This document shows positions 25,701 through 37,700 of a stretch of DNA of 64,000 nucleotides, piece after piece. The DNA is from Veleropilina oligotropha. Taxonomy: Eukaryota. How positions within the stretch are numbered: the first letter of the stretch is position 1; each line of letters opens with the position of its first letter. The DNA lies in NCBI GenBank assembly GCA_048128005.1, contig JBEUKZ010000054.1, positions 1,054,001 through 1,118,000 on the forward strand, given 5' to 3'. Below the pieces are notes generated by a model. It was not told the DNA's origin. It saw nothing but the letters and a program-made list of their open reading frames with translations, and did no database searches. The position numbers and the translations under genes are program-made.

Positions 25701-28700
25701 AGCGCCTGGGATTTCAGATCAACGAGACAAAATCCTGCTTCGTACCCTCGACGACGTTTACGTTCCTCGGAGTCGACTTCGATACGGTCCGGTACACCGC
25801 GAAGCCGACCCAGAAGCGTATGCGGAACCTACGCGTGGTTATCCAAGACACCCTGTCATCGGACATAACTACGGCGCGACAACTGGCCACTGTCCTGGGG
25901 CACATCGAGTCGGTAGCGACCCTGCTACCGACAGGTCGCATGGACAAACGACCGTTACAACAGGCGTTCAGGGATCGCTGGATACAACGGACGGGGCAGT
26001 GGACGGATCGCATCGATCTACGGCATTGGTTTACCAGCACAACAGCAGTGTGGTTGAACCCTGCTTTGCCGGACCAGTCGGTTCCTATATCCCCGCCAGA
26101 GCCGAACGCTTACCTGTTCACAGACGCTTCGAACGACGGCTGGGGCGGTCACCTCGACAGTTACGAGACATCAGGCCTATGGCCGACAGACCTTCAGGGA
26201 CGACATATCAACTTCCTAGAGTTAGAAGCTGTCTACCTGTCAGTACGGTCCCTCTCGTCACATCTCCGCAACAAGCACATAATGCTCGCCACGGACAACA
26301 CGACTGTCGTCGCTTACATCCAGCACCAGGGCGGCACTCGCTCGCGTCCCCTTTGCGACCGAGCAATAGACCTACACCACCTAGTGATGTCCCTCAACTC
26401 GACGATTCGAGCCCGACACATCCCGGGAAAGCTGAATGTCAGAGCGGATTCGCTCTCTCGGAAATCACAGATAATACACACAGAGTGGACGCTACACAGC
26501 CGAGTAGCTCAGGACGTTTGCCGCCGTTGGTCGCAACCCCAAGTCGATCTGTTTGCAACAGAGTTCAATTACCGACTACCTCTGTATGTCTCCCCGTACC
26601 CGGACCCGGCCGCCCTAGCGGTCGACGCACTGTCAATGACATGGGAGAATCTGTCCGCTTATGCCTTCCCCCCGTCGTGCATTCTATCACTGGTATTACA
26701 GAAGGCATCGAACGAACGTTGCGAGATAACGCTAATAGCGCCCCTGTATCGCACGCAACCTTGGTTTCCGACCCTCCTCGATCTGATCGTCGATCGACCG
26801 TTAGCGCTACCGCAGAAACTAGACCTGTTAATGCAGCCGCGCTCCCGTGTACTCCACCCATCGCCGAACGACTTACGTTTACACGCCTGGTGGTTATCGA
26901 ACGATCCCTTGCTAAGAAAGGATTTTCTCACGCAACAGCCCTACGCATCTATCGATCGAGAAGGATTTCCACGACAAAAGTTTATGACTACCGATGGGTC
27001 AAGTACGTGGATTGGTGTCACAGCAGGCAGGTCAATATACTCCGTCCCCCTGTGAACAAGTTTATCGAGTTTTTATCGTCGCTCTTTGCACGCGGTATGT
27101 CAGTGTCCGCCGTCAAAGGCTATCGGGCTACGGTCGCGACCACGTTAAAGCAGTGCCGTGCCCATGTAGGCCTATCAAGCGATCGAACGATTTCGGATTT
27201 TATACGATCCTACGAACTCGAGATGCCGACCCGAACCATTAAGCCAGCTGCCTGGAATATCGTACTTATCCTTAACGCTCTACTCTTACCTCCGTATGAG
27301 CCGATGTCCACGATAACCATGAGGAACTTAACGCACAAAACGGTTTTTCTGATCGCCTTAGCGTCGGGCAGGCGTTGTTCCGAGATTCATAGTTTATCCT
27401 CCGAGCTACGAGATATTCGATTCCAGTCAGACGGGTCGGTGATGCTGCGTCCAATCTTGGGCTTTCTAGCCAAGAACCAACGGCCGAACGAGGACGCACC
27501 CGATATTATTATCCCCAAGCTTACGCTAGTCGGAAGGCACGATGCAGACCGGTTAAATTGTCCCGTGCGAGCGCTTCGCTTCTACCTCGACAGGACCCGT
27601 GATATGCGGCAAGGAAAATTACGTTTATTCATTTCGTATTTACCTACTTATACCCGCGACATTACGAAGACAACTGTTTCACGGTGGATTTCACAGGCAG
27701 TGAGAGATGTATACCTCCGCTGTGAAGAAGTAGACCGCACTATTTTATCGGTCCGCGCGCATGAAGTGCGTGCAATTGCTGCGTCTATTGCCTTCCGACA
27801 CAGTTTAAATATAACTGCGTTGCTTCAGGCAGGTTACTGGAAGAATGCAAATGTCTTCGTCAAGCATTATCTGCGGGATTATTCAACTGGTGCTGATGGA
27901 TTGAGCAGCTTACAGTGTGTTGCTGCTCAACGATGTATTGTTAGACCGAGGTCGTCTAATCAGTGAGTATTGTATCTTGATTGATCAATTTACATAATTT
28001 TTTGCTGACGCAATTTTATTTGTTGGCCTAGCTGTTCTATGAAATAGACACATATGAGGCGTTTCAATGTATGTTCATTTCTTAAAAACATTTTAAGATT
28101 TTGTACTTCATGTCATACCTGAGTAATTGACAAGCCAGATCACATTGAATTTAATAAAACAATTATATTGCGACAATCTTAAAGGATTTAAGGTTCAATA
28201 TTATTGATGTTCTATGCTGTAATCGAACATACGATGTTCAATACATTGAAAAAATTTTAATATTTGCTTCCTTAAAATTTATTTTAAGTAACATGTCGTT
28301 CATATTTGCTGCCTTAAATTTATTTTAAGTGACATTTCGTACATGTTAGCGTTTCGCAAGTTGGTCATGCGAATCACTTTTAATATCGATTATTTATTTA
28401 ATCTATTAATTCTTTGCTTTTGATTTGATGCTTTCACAACCTGTTAGGTTTCGTGTGCTTACAAATCCGACTGCATCCTCTGGCTACCGGCCTTCGGCCA
28501 GGAGTACCATTTGGCTGCCACTGGCCCATGACACATAAGACCTACAGGGATCCATCCTTCCGGCCGTGCCTGGGGCTGATTGCACTTCCGTTCACCTCGT
28601 CCGACTAACACCACGGCGTATTCTCCCGGTAACACTGGTCGAAATTCTCGCTTGGTAAGAGTTGAATATAATTCTCAGTAAATTCCACTCTGGGCGGACT

Positions 28701-31700
28701 CAATCGACGCTTCGAGCTGATTGACTTGGTGAAAAGTAAGTCATTATCTTGTTTGGGTTTGTTGTAAGGAACTTCTTACCCACCTATCCAAGGTTATTCT
28801 GGCAAGAGTAAGGACGTAAGTATGTTTGTAACTACATATGAGGTTTTTAAGTAAACCTAATATTAGTTAAAACATACTTACGTCCTTACCACGATTACCC
28901 ACCCTGCGTTTCGCATTCCTCCCCTCTACTAAGTTCCTTTGGGGTTCTGAACTTTGAATTGAGGTCTTGTGATCTCGAGCTCGGATATCTCGCGAGACTT
29001 GGCGAGATCTCGCCGGGGGAACTTAGAGAGCGGGAGCAGGGGAGGTAATCGTGGTACGTTTTTGACTTAATAAGTGCCTAAATGTGACTTTATTCACTGT
29101 TTCCGGTTAGCGATAATATGACTATTATGGCAAGAGTAAGGACGTAAGTATGTTTTAACTAATATTAGGTTTACTTAAAAACCTCATTTTGCCTGCCTGC
29201 TCTGGTTCAGCAGTGTGGGTGCTGCTGTGGTTACGACTGGTCATGCACATTAATGTGTCCTGTATTCATGTATTTTGCCTGCCTGCTCTGGTTCAGCAGT
29301 GTGGGTGCTGCTGTGGTTACGACTGGTCATGCACATTAATGTGTGCTGTATTCATGTATTTTGCCTGCCTGCTCTGGTTCAGCAGTGTGGGTGCTGCTGT
29401 GGTTACGACTGGTTGTGCACATAATTGTGTCCTGTATTCATGTATTTTGCCTGCCTGCTCTGGTTCAGCAGTGTGGGTGCTGCTGTGGTTACGACTGGTC
29501 ATGCACATTAATGTGTCCTGTATTCATGTATTTTGCCTGCCTGCTCTGGTTCAGCAGTGTGGGTGCTGCTGTGGTTACGACTGGTCATGCACATTAATGT
29601 GTCCTGTATTCATGTATTTTGCCTGCCTGCTCTGGTTCAGCAGTGTGGGTGCTGCTGTGGTTACGACTGGTCATGCACATTAATGTGTCCTGTATTCATG
29701 TATTTTGCCTGCCTGCTCTGGTTCAGCAGTGTGGGTGCTGCTGTGGTTACGACTGGTCATGCACATTAATGTGTCCTGTATTCATGTATTTTGCCTGCCT
29801 GCTCTGGTTCAGCAGTGTGGGTGCTGCTGTGGTTACGACTGGTCATGCACATTAATGTGTCCTGTATTCATGTATTTTGCCTGCCTGCTCTGGTTCAGCA
29901 GTGTGGGTTCTGCTGCAGCTTTATCAGCCACTGTTGTCCGTAATCGATGGATGTGGTTCGTCTACTCCAGACTTTCCTAGCAGGATGATATGACCATAAA
30001 CTAGTTATTCTGTGATTTGTACTTCATCCAGATTTTGCTCATAATTGATTTAAAGTTGATTGTTAACGAATTAATTAATGAAAACTGAATTTATTATTAC
30101 GTCAAACGAAAATTATATATTGATAATATTATTATTATAATAATAATAGAATGTTATATCTTATCTACAGTGTGCGAAGCCGCTTCAACAGCTGTGTGGT
30201 ATCGGTTGTGGACGCCGAAAAATCACCGTCTTTATTCCGCTGATGCGAACAGTAGTGGGTTCAAACCTCGGCTGGGGCAGCACACATTTGTTCAAGTTAT
30301 GAATAACAGTTGTCCGTAACTGGTCGGAGAGGGCGGGTTTCCTCCCGCTATAATACGGACATGTCCTGCTTTGAATCAAATGATGGTTGGAAATATACAG
30401 GACATTAAGCATCGATCATTTCCTCTCCTTTCTACAGTGTGCGTAATACATTTCAAGTATGATTTCACTGTGTATTTCGCTAATTAAGCCTAGTTGCTTC
30501 ATGTTAGCCTAATATTTGTAATCACGTTATTTAATGACTTGATTTAAAACTAATAAATATGTGATGTCCTTATTTATTTTAAATTATGTCTCATTTAACA
30601 TTTTCAGGGTTCAAGGACGACCCTGACATGGAGAACTTCAACGTGCGCGTGCTGTACGATAAGCTTGAGGACCAGAACCTCCACCTGGCTTCACAGCTCT
30701 CCCGCCAACAGACCGACCTCCAGGAATTCTACAAGCAGATATCCACGCAGAACGATGAGCTGAAGAGCATGCTGAACAACATTGACCCCGCTCAGCTGGA
30801 TGAGTTCGAGAGGAGACAGAGAGAGCTTGCGTCGCGCATCGAGAGCGAGGTCCACCAGGGGGCGGCTGCATCTGGCGGGCCGACGGTCGTCAACGCCAAC
30901 TTCAGGATGGGCGGGCTGTCAGCAAGGAGGAGCAAGTATGGAGGTGAGGGGTCCTAGCACACTGAATCATCAATTTGTTGATGTGGCATCTGAAATTCTT
31001 CAGTCGTGTTAATTACCTTCAGTTTTGCAATTTGACCTATGACCTCGACATTTTCAGGGTTCAAGGACGACCCTGACCAAGGATGACACCTGACCTATGA
31101 CCTCGAAACCAGCAATTTGTGAAATCCGAAAAAAAATTAATTTTGCTCATTTAGTCAGTAAAATTCTAACATAATCGAACATATAACTGTTAATTCTTAT
31201 ATATTATAATAAAGTAATTTGACATATTCATTTGCGGAATTAAATTCTAGGTCAAAGTAGGTCATGTGTCTTTTGTGTTGCTATTAGATTAATTAATGTC
31301 TTTTTTTCTTTATTTGTCATTTACATTTGGAAGGTTTCAGGCAATATTTTGTATGTATTCTAGCATTTGACATTTCATGTTGGCAGGTGCAAGTAGCCGC
31401 GATGCAGAGTTGATGGCCTCACTTCAGGTGCTGTTGGACAAATTGAACTCTGGGAATATTCCAATGAGTCCAGAAGTTTTGAATCAACTTCAAAAGGGAC
31501 AAATTCCTAAATCCACAGGACAGGTAAAACTTCAAGTGTCAAGATTATCATTGTTAATCTAATAAAGACTTCATATAAATTTTCAGGAATAATTGTATTT
31601 CCCTTTGTTAACATTTTTTCATTTGATTGATTTATTCTGCTTTGATTGTTGCATCCTGTTTATCCAGGAGGTCTCTTGGTGAAACGCATCATAATTTTTT

Positions 31701-34700
31701 GGAAAAACGAAATAATGCTCAAATTGCATTGTTATCTAGAGTTTTAAAAGTTGTCTTCAATTCCAACAGAAATATTCTTTGGCTTACATGCCTGTATTCA
31801 TTTTATATTGTATTTACATGGTATTAATTATCAATGAAAGGAATTGATCAACATTAAACAACCATGTCTCACTATCTTCTACAGGGATCAACGCAGACCG
31901 ATTTAGTGCGTCGACAACATGCAGAGAGGCTGAAACTTGAGAGAGAACTGAACCAGGACGAGAATGTGGCCATCGAGCACGCTCTTCAAGATGAAGAGAA
32001 GAAAAGGAAGCAGATGCTCAGCAAATCCTCTTCGTCGCTGTCTGACAAACTGCATGGTAAGAGCCATGTTAGAACTAACAAATTATAGTCTTCGGTCTTA
32101 TATAGTGCATATATGCCGTCGTGGCTGAGTGGGTTGTTCATAGGACTCTGGTCACAGAGTCTCGTGTTCGCCCCCAAAGCTCGGTGATTTCACTTGGGCA
32201 AGGAAATAAGCATGTATTTGCCTCGGTCCACCCAGCCGATCTGAATGGTTACCTGGTTGGCAGTTATGTACGTCACGGCGCTACCCACGTGTAAATGACT
32301 GTAATGCACTATATAAGACCGTTACATTATTATCCCCCCGGCATTAAATGCGGGGGGATATAGTCATCAGCATGTCCGTCCGTCCGTCCGTCCCTCCGTC
32401 CGTCCGTCTGTCCGTCCGTCTGTAATCATTTCGTTTCCGGAGCATATCTCATAAACTGCTTTTCATATCTTTACGACACTTGGTGGGTGTATTATGGACA
32501 TGGTGAACTGGTGCCTTTTGCCAGTTTCGACGTTGAGCGGCGATTATTAACAGAGTTATTTCCCTTGTTGTAAATTCTAATTGATATCGTTTCCGGAGCA
32601 TATCTCATACACCGCTCGACATAACTTTACGAAACTTGCTGGGTGTATTAAGTAGTCGGTGAACTGGTGCCTTTTGCCAGTTTCGCCGTTGTGCGGCGAT
32701 TATTAACAGAGTTATTGCCCTTGTTGTAAATTCTAATCGATCTCTTTTCCAGAGCATATCTCATATACCGCTCGATATAACTTTACGAAACTTGCTGGAT
32801 ATATTAAGTAGTCGGTAAACTGGTGCCTTTTGCAAGTTTCGACGTTGAGCGGCGATTATTAACAGAGTTATTGCCCTTGTCTAATCGATCTCTTTTCCAG
32901 AGCATATCTCATATACCGCTCGACATAACTTTACGAAACTTGCTGGGTGTGTTAAGTAGTCCTGGGTGTGTTAAGTAGTCGGTGAACTAGTGCGATTATT
33001 ACCAGAGTTATTGCCCTTGTTGTAAATTTGTTAATGCTATCTCTTACAGAGCGTATCTCATAAACCGCTCAGCATAGCTTTATGAAATTTGGTGCCTGTA
33101 TTAAGTTGCTGGTGCCTTTTGCATATTTCGACGTTCTCAGGCGATTATTAACAGAGTTATTGCCCTTGCTTAAACTTTTTACTATTTTTATTACCATAAA
33201 TTTCCCTTTGCCGGCGCATATATCTTAAAACGCGATATAGTCATCGGTATGTCTATCTGTTCGTTCTTCTGTCCATCCGTCCATAATGGTTTCGTTTCCA
33301 GAGCATATATCTTAACATGCTTAACATATCTATCTGTGCACCGGGGGGATATGTCATCTTCTGATGGCTCTTGTTATTATTATTATCATTATTATTACGT
33401 TAATGTCTCTATGCCCTGAACAGTAATACCCTGGTTATAATCCTCTTCCACTGGATATACCATCTCAACTCCCTCTGGGAGCGCCGTGACATAGTACATA
33501 ACTGCCAAACAGGTATCCATTCAGCTCGGCTCGCCGAACTCTCTTGGCGAACGCGAGACTCTGTGACCAGAGCCACGATTATGAATGTTCCATTGCAAGG
33601 GATATTGATGGCTTCTTGTTTTAGGTGATGTCACCGACAGTGAAGCTAACGCCATCTTGACGAAACATGAACAAGAATTAGATTCACTTCTTTCAAGACA
33701 AAATGCTGACAAACAGCGACAGATGGATGAACTTAGAAAGACGCTTTCTGAAAAACGACAGAGAAAGGAAAGGGAACTCCAAGACAAGCATAACTCAGAG
33801 GTAAGCACCTGCTGCTAGCAACAATAGTTTGGAAACTGGTTTTCTTCATACTTATAACCTTCAGTTAATGTTCATATTTCGCAAATTAATGTGTCGACAC
33901 CGATGTTGAAGCTGTAACGTATGGTGTGCTTTGTTTTATGTACACAACTCGCATTACAGCCATCTATTGTTCCTATATTTATAGCAATAATTGGTTATGC
34001 TCAATAATTCGTGTACATGATCATGTAAAGTGATTTTTGTGTTACATCTGCTTTTTTGAAGAAACTATTTCTACACAATGAATTGTGCCTAAATTTTTCA
34101 TCTAATTTTCTTCATCTATTGTTTATTTGTTCGCTTTATGGCATATCTAGGTTCTGTCTATGAAATAACGTAATGCAACAAATATTATGTTCTGTACAGG
34201 CCAGGAAGGCTGGCTTGAAGGTGAAGAGCCAGCCTCATGACACGGCGGACATCAAGGTGATGCTCTCGCAGTCCGTCCTGGATACGCTCCACGCAGAGGA
34301 GCTGGCTGCGCTATCCAAGATGGAGACGACTGTCGGAGAGAACCTGGCAGAGGAGCAGCGTCGGCAGATGGCACAAGGCCTTCAGGACCAGGTGGTGAGT
34401 GCACACGATGTAGCGTCATGAATTAATGTGCAGGGCTGGTGGTGAGTGCAAACGACGCAGCATCACGAAATAAGGATTAAGGGCACAAGACCTGCAGGAC
34501 TAGGTGGTGAGTGCACACGATGCAGCATCATGAGATAGGATTTAGGGGCAGGGCCAGGTGGTGAGTGCTCATGACTCAGCATCATGAAATAAAGATTAAG
34601 GGCGCAAGGCCTGCAGGGCCAGGTGGTGAGTGCACACGATGCAGCATCATGAATTAATAGGCAGGGCCAGGTGGTGAGTGCAAACGACGCAGCATCATGA

Positions 34701-37700
34701 AATATGGATAAAGGGCACAAGGCCTGCAGGACTAGGTGGTGAGTGCACACGATGCAGCATCATGAGATAGGATTTAGGGGCAGGACCAGGTGGTGAGTGC
34801 TCATGATGCAGCATCATGAAATAAAGATTAAGGGTGCAAAGCCTGCAGGACCAGGTGGTGAGCGCTCACGACGCAGCATCGTGAAATAAGGATCCAGAAA
34901 CGATTTGAAATATTCACAAATTGTAGGTATCTTTAATTTGTCAGCAATTTTGAATGTTATTGAATACATTTTTGTCATGTGATCTATCTCTATATAAACA
35001 TAATAATAACAAAATGTCAGCATGCCAACAATATTTCTGTTACATATATACACGTCAAAAAATTGATATGACAATATGATGGTTTTCATGGAAAGTGTGA
35101 CATTTACCGAAAATATACCGTGTTTACCAGGAATCTGCAAGGACCAGCAGGATACCACTCGGCTGCCGCTGCGACTTTATCATCGTAGTCATGGGTTATC
35201 ATCGTAGTCATGGGTTATCATCGTAGTCATGGGTTATCATCGTAGTCATGGGTTATACTTATTCCGGTGTACAGGTGTAAAAGGAAATTCCCTCCCTGAA
35301 AATCCTCCCCCCCCATCAGGCAATACTCCCCCCACCATGCAAATTTTTATGATGATATATATTATTATATTTGGGTTATTGATAATCATATGTGAACTAA
35401 TGGAATCCTTGAACACTCAGCACCGCCCGATGGCCAGGTTGAGGTAGTTGGAATTCCTTGGAAATACTCCGTTCTAGTACTTGAAAGATTGCTTTAACTT
35501 TGTCACATTGAAGACGAACTGCTGGATCTACAGCATTCATATTTGGAATGTACCTTTTATATCATCAGGCCTTATTTAACTATGTTGAAAGATGAGGTCA
35601 CTGGGTCAAAGGTCAAGGTCTTTTTCGTATATTTCCGTTCTGGGAAAGAGTGAACAAAGTGGAAAATTTTATAGAGTTATTGATTATTTTACTCTCTATG
35701 GATGTATATATCCAAAAGGCGGGCCTGTATGAGGATCGTACCTCTAGTTATAAGATATAGTTGCAAAATCGGGCGCTATATAGCATCTTTAAACATAAAT
35801 TCCTTCATCATACATGTTTGCATGCTGTAATGATAACCAAAACCATTTCCTTTCAAATCATTTATGTTTATTTGCTCTTAATAATATAGAAGGATCAAAA
35901 TAAATAATATAGAAATACTATGTTATAAGAGTGCATATGATACAATAATTTTATAATACATAAATTTACAAACATGTAATTAATGTGCATGCAGCAGAGC
36001 ACTAAGTTTAAGCTGGCAAATCTACTCTTCAAATTTACAGATAGATTTCCACATTCAATTCAATCAATTAAATTTGTGTTAAATCATGGTTCTAAAGATT
36101 CGAACAGGTGTTTAATTTACCATGAATCCCACCAACTCTCCAGCAATCATTTGGGATGCAGTTTCATCATTAGATCGTAAAATTAATTGTGAAACATGCT
36201 GTCCAAATTACGATAATTGTTATCACTAAATAATTTTGCCAATTAAGTCATGACCTATGCAAATGCATTCCTTGTAAATGCATCTGGCAATATTAATGAT
36301 GACCATTCAGTCAGTACATATATGTATAAATTAATCCAAATACTTCACAAAAAATGGCTGAAAAAAGTCTATGAGCAAATTTGTAATATACATATAATAT
36401 TTCAATTATGGTCTCATATAAGCTGTCTACTTTCTATAAGTGTGGGAGATAATAAAATTAATGCAATGAAGTGAAAATTGTACAATATAACGATCACTAA
36501 ATGAGAATGTCAACAAAAATAAAAAAATAATATATTTCAGTTTCAAAATTGGGTGGGGGGGGGGAGTATTTCCTAGGAGTTTCTACCCCCCACTACCTCA
36601 ACCTGACCATCGAGCGGTGCTGAGTGTTCAAAGATTCCATTGTTAGTTCACAAATGTTTACTAATAAGAAAAAAAAAAATATTTTCAAAATTTGGTGGGG
36701 GGGAGTATTTCCTGGCGGAGGGGAAGATTTCCTAGGAAATACTCCCCCTCGGGGGGGGGGGGATTTCCTAGGATATCCTCCACCGGGGGGGGGGGGAGAA
36801 TTTCCTAGGAAATCCTCCCCCGGGGGGAGGATTTCGTGGTACACCGGTAACAATTTCATCAACAATTCCTACTTTATAAAATGATGTAAGAACAAATATT
36901 TGCAACACTGGAATAAGATGTCTTTGTGTCACATATGTGTTATTGTTGGTATATTTATTTCCTAGGATTCCCTGGTGTCAGCTGGTTCCCTGACTCAAGA
37001 CGAAGCCGAAAAAATCATGCAGAATCAAAGAGAAACGGATGCTGCATTATCCAAGAAAATGAGTGAGCAGAAGGAAAGACAATTCATGCAGATTCGCTCA
37101 CGCATGGAGCAACGCCGCAAGAAGAAGATGAACGCACTCCGTGATAAACAAGAGAGAGAAAAAGCAGAGGTATATTGGTAGAATGATAATAATCTGTTGT
37201 AATTACTATAATTGTATATATACATAACAGTGGAATTTACAGCGATGAAAAGCCATAAGCTAAACAGATATTTTGAATGAAAATTGGTTCAACGTATGCG
37301 AAAAACAGAATGTTGCCATTGCTATTATATTTATTATTTAACATTTCAGCTTTCTGCGAGACTGATACAAGATGGCCACCATGATGATATTCAGCTGCAG
37401 ATGCATCTGTTGCAGAAGCTCCATGATAAGCAACTTGAGGCGACAGAAGCAGAACTCGATCGAGATGTGAACGAGCGGGTGAAGCAAGTCAGTGAGGCGA
37501 TCGAAGACGAACACACGACCCTCCTGAAGGACAAGCAGCGAGACATGCTGAAAAATGTAAGGATAACTTTGAAATTGTCTTTTACATATTGTGAAATTGT
37601 GACATCATCACATAAAATAAAATGGAATAGTTGCTTGTGATGCTGTAATATGCTACAGGTGATACCTGGTGACGATTATATATACGTTGATGAAATGTAG

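Larger units (their letters stand above)
21771..29186 (+). mobile_element. Full-length DIRS1-type tyrosine-recombinase retrotransposon
   Basis: Inverted terminal repeats, internal complementary region and three intact ORFs (gag, RT/RH/MT, YR). Removing it restores the host repeat unit catgta^ttttgcc with no classical TSD. Confidence 0.96.

Noticed and set aside
28560..28700. Twister, HDV or hammerhead ribozyme in the DIRS 3' region
   Set aside because: Partial motifs are present (UAACAC, UUCACCU, CUGAUUG) but the required pairings and loop lengths do not fit; kept only as generic structure.
20685..29908. CRISPR-like array flanking an integrase/RT locus
   Set aside because: Units are head-to-tail with no unique spacers, there are no cas genes, and the context is a eukaryotic intron.
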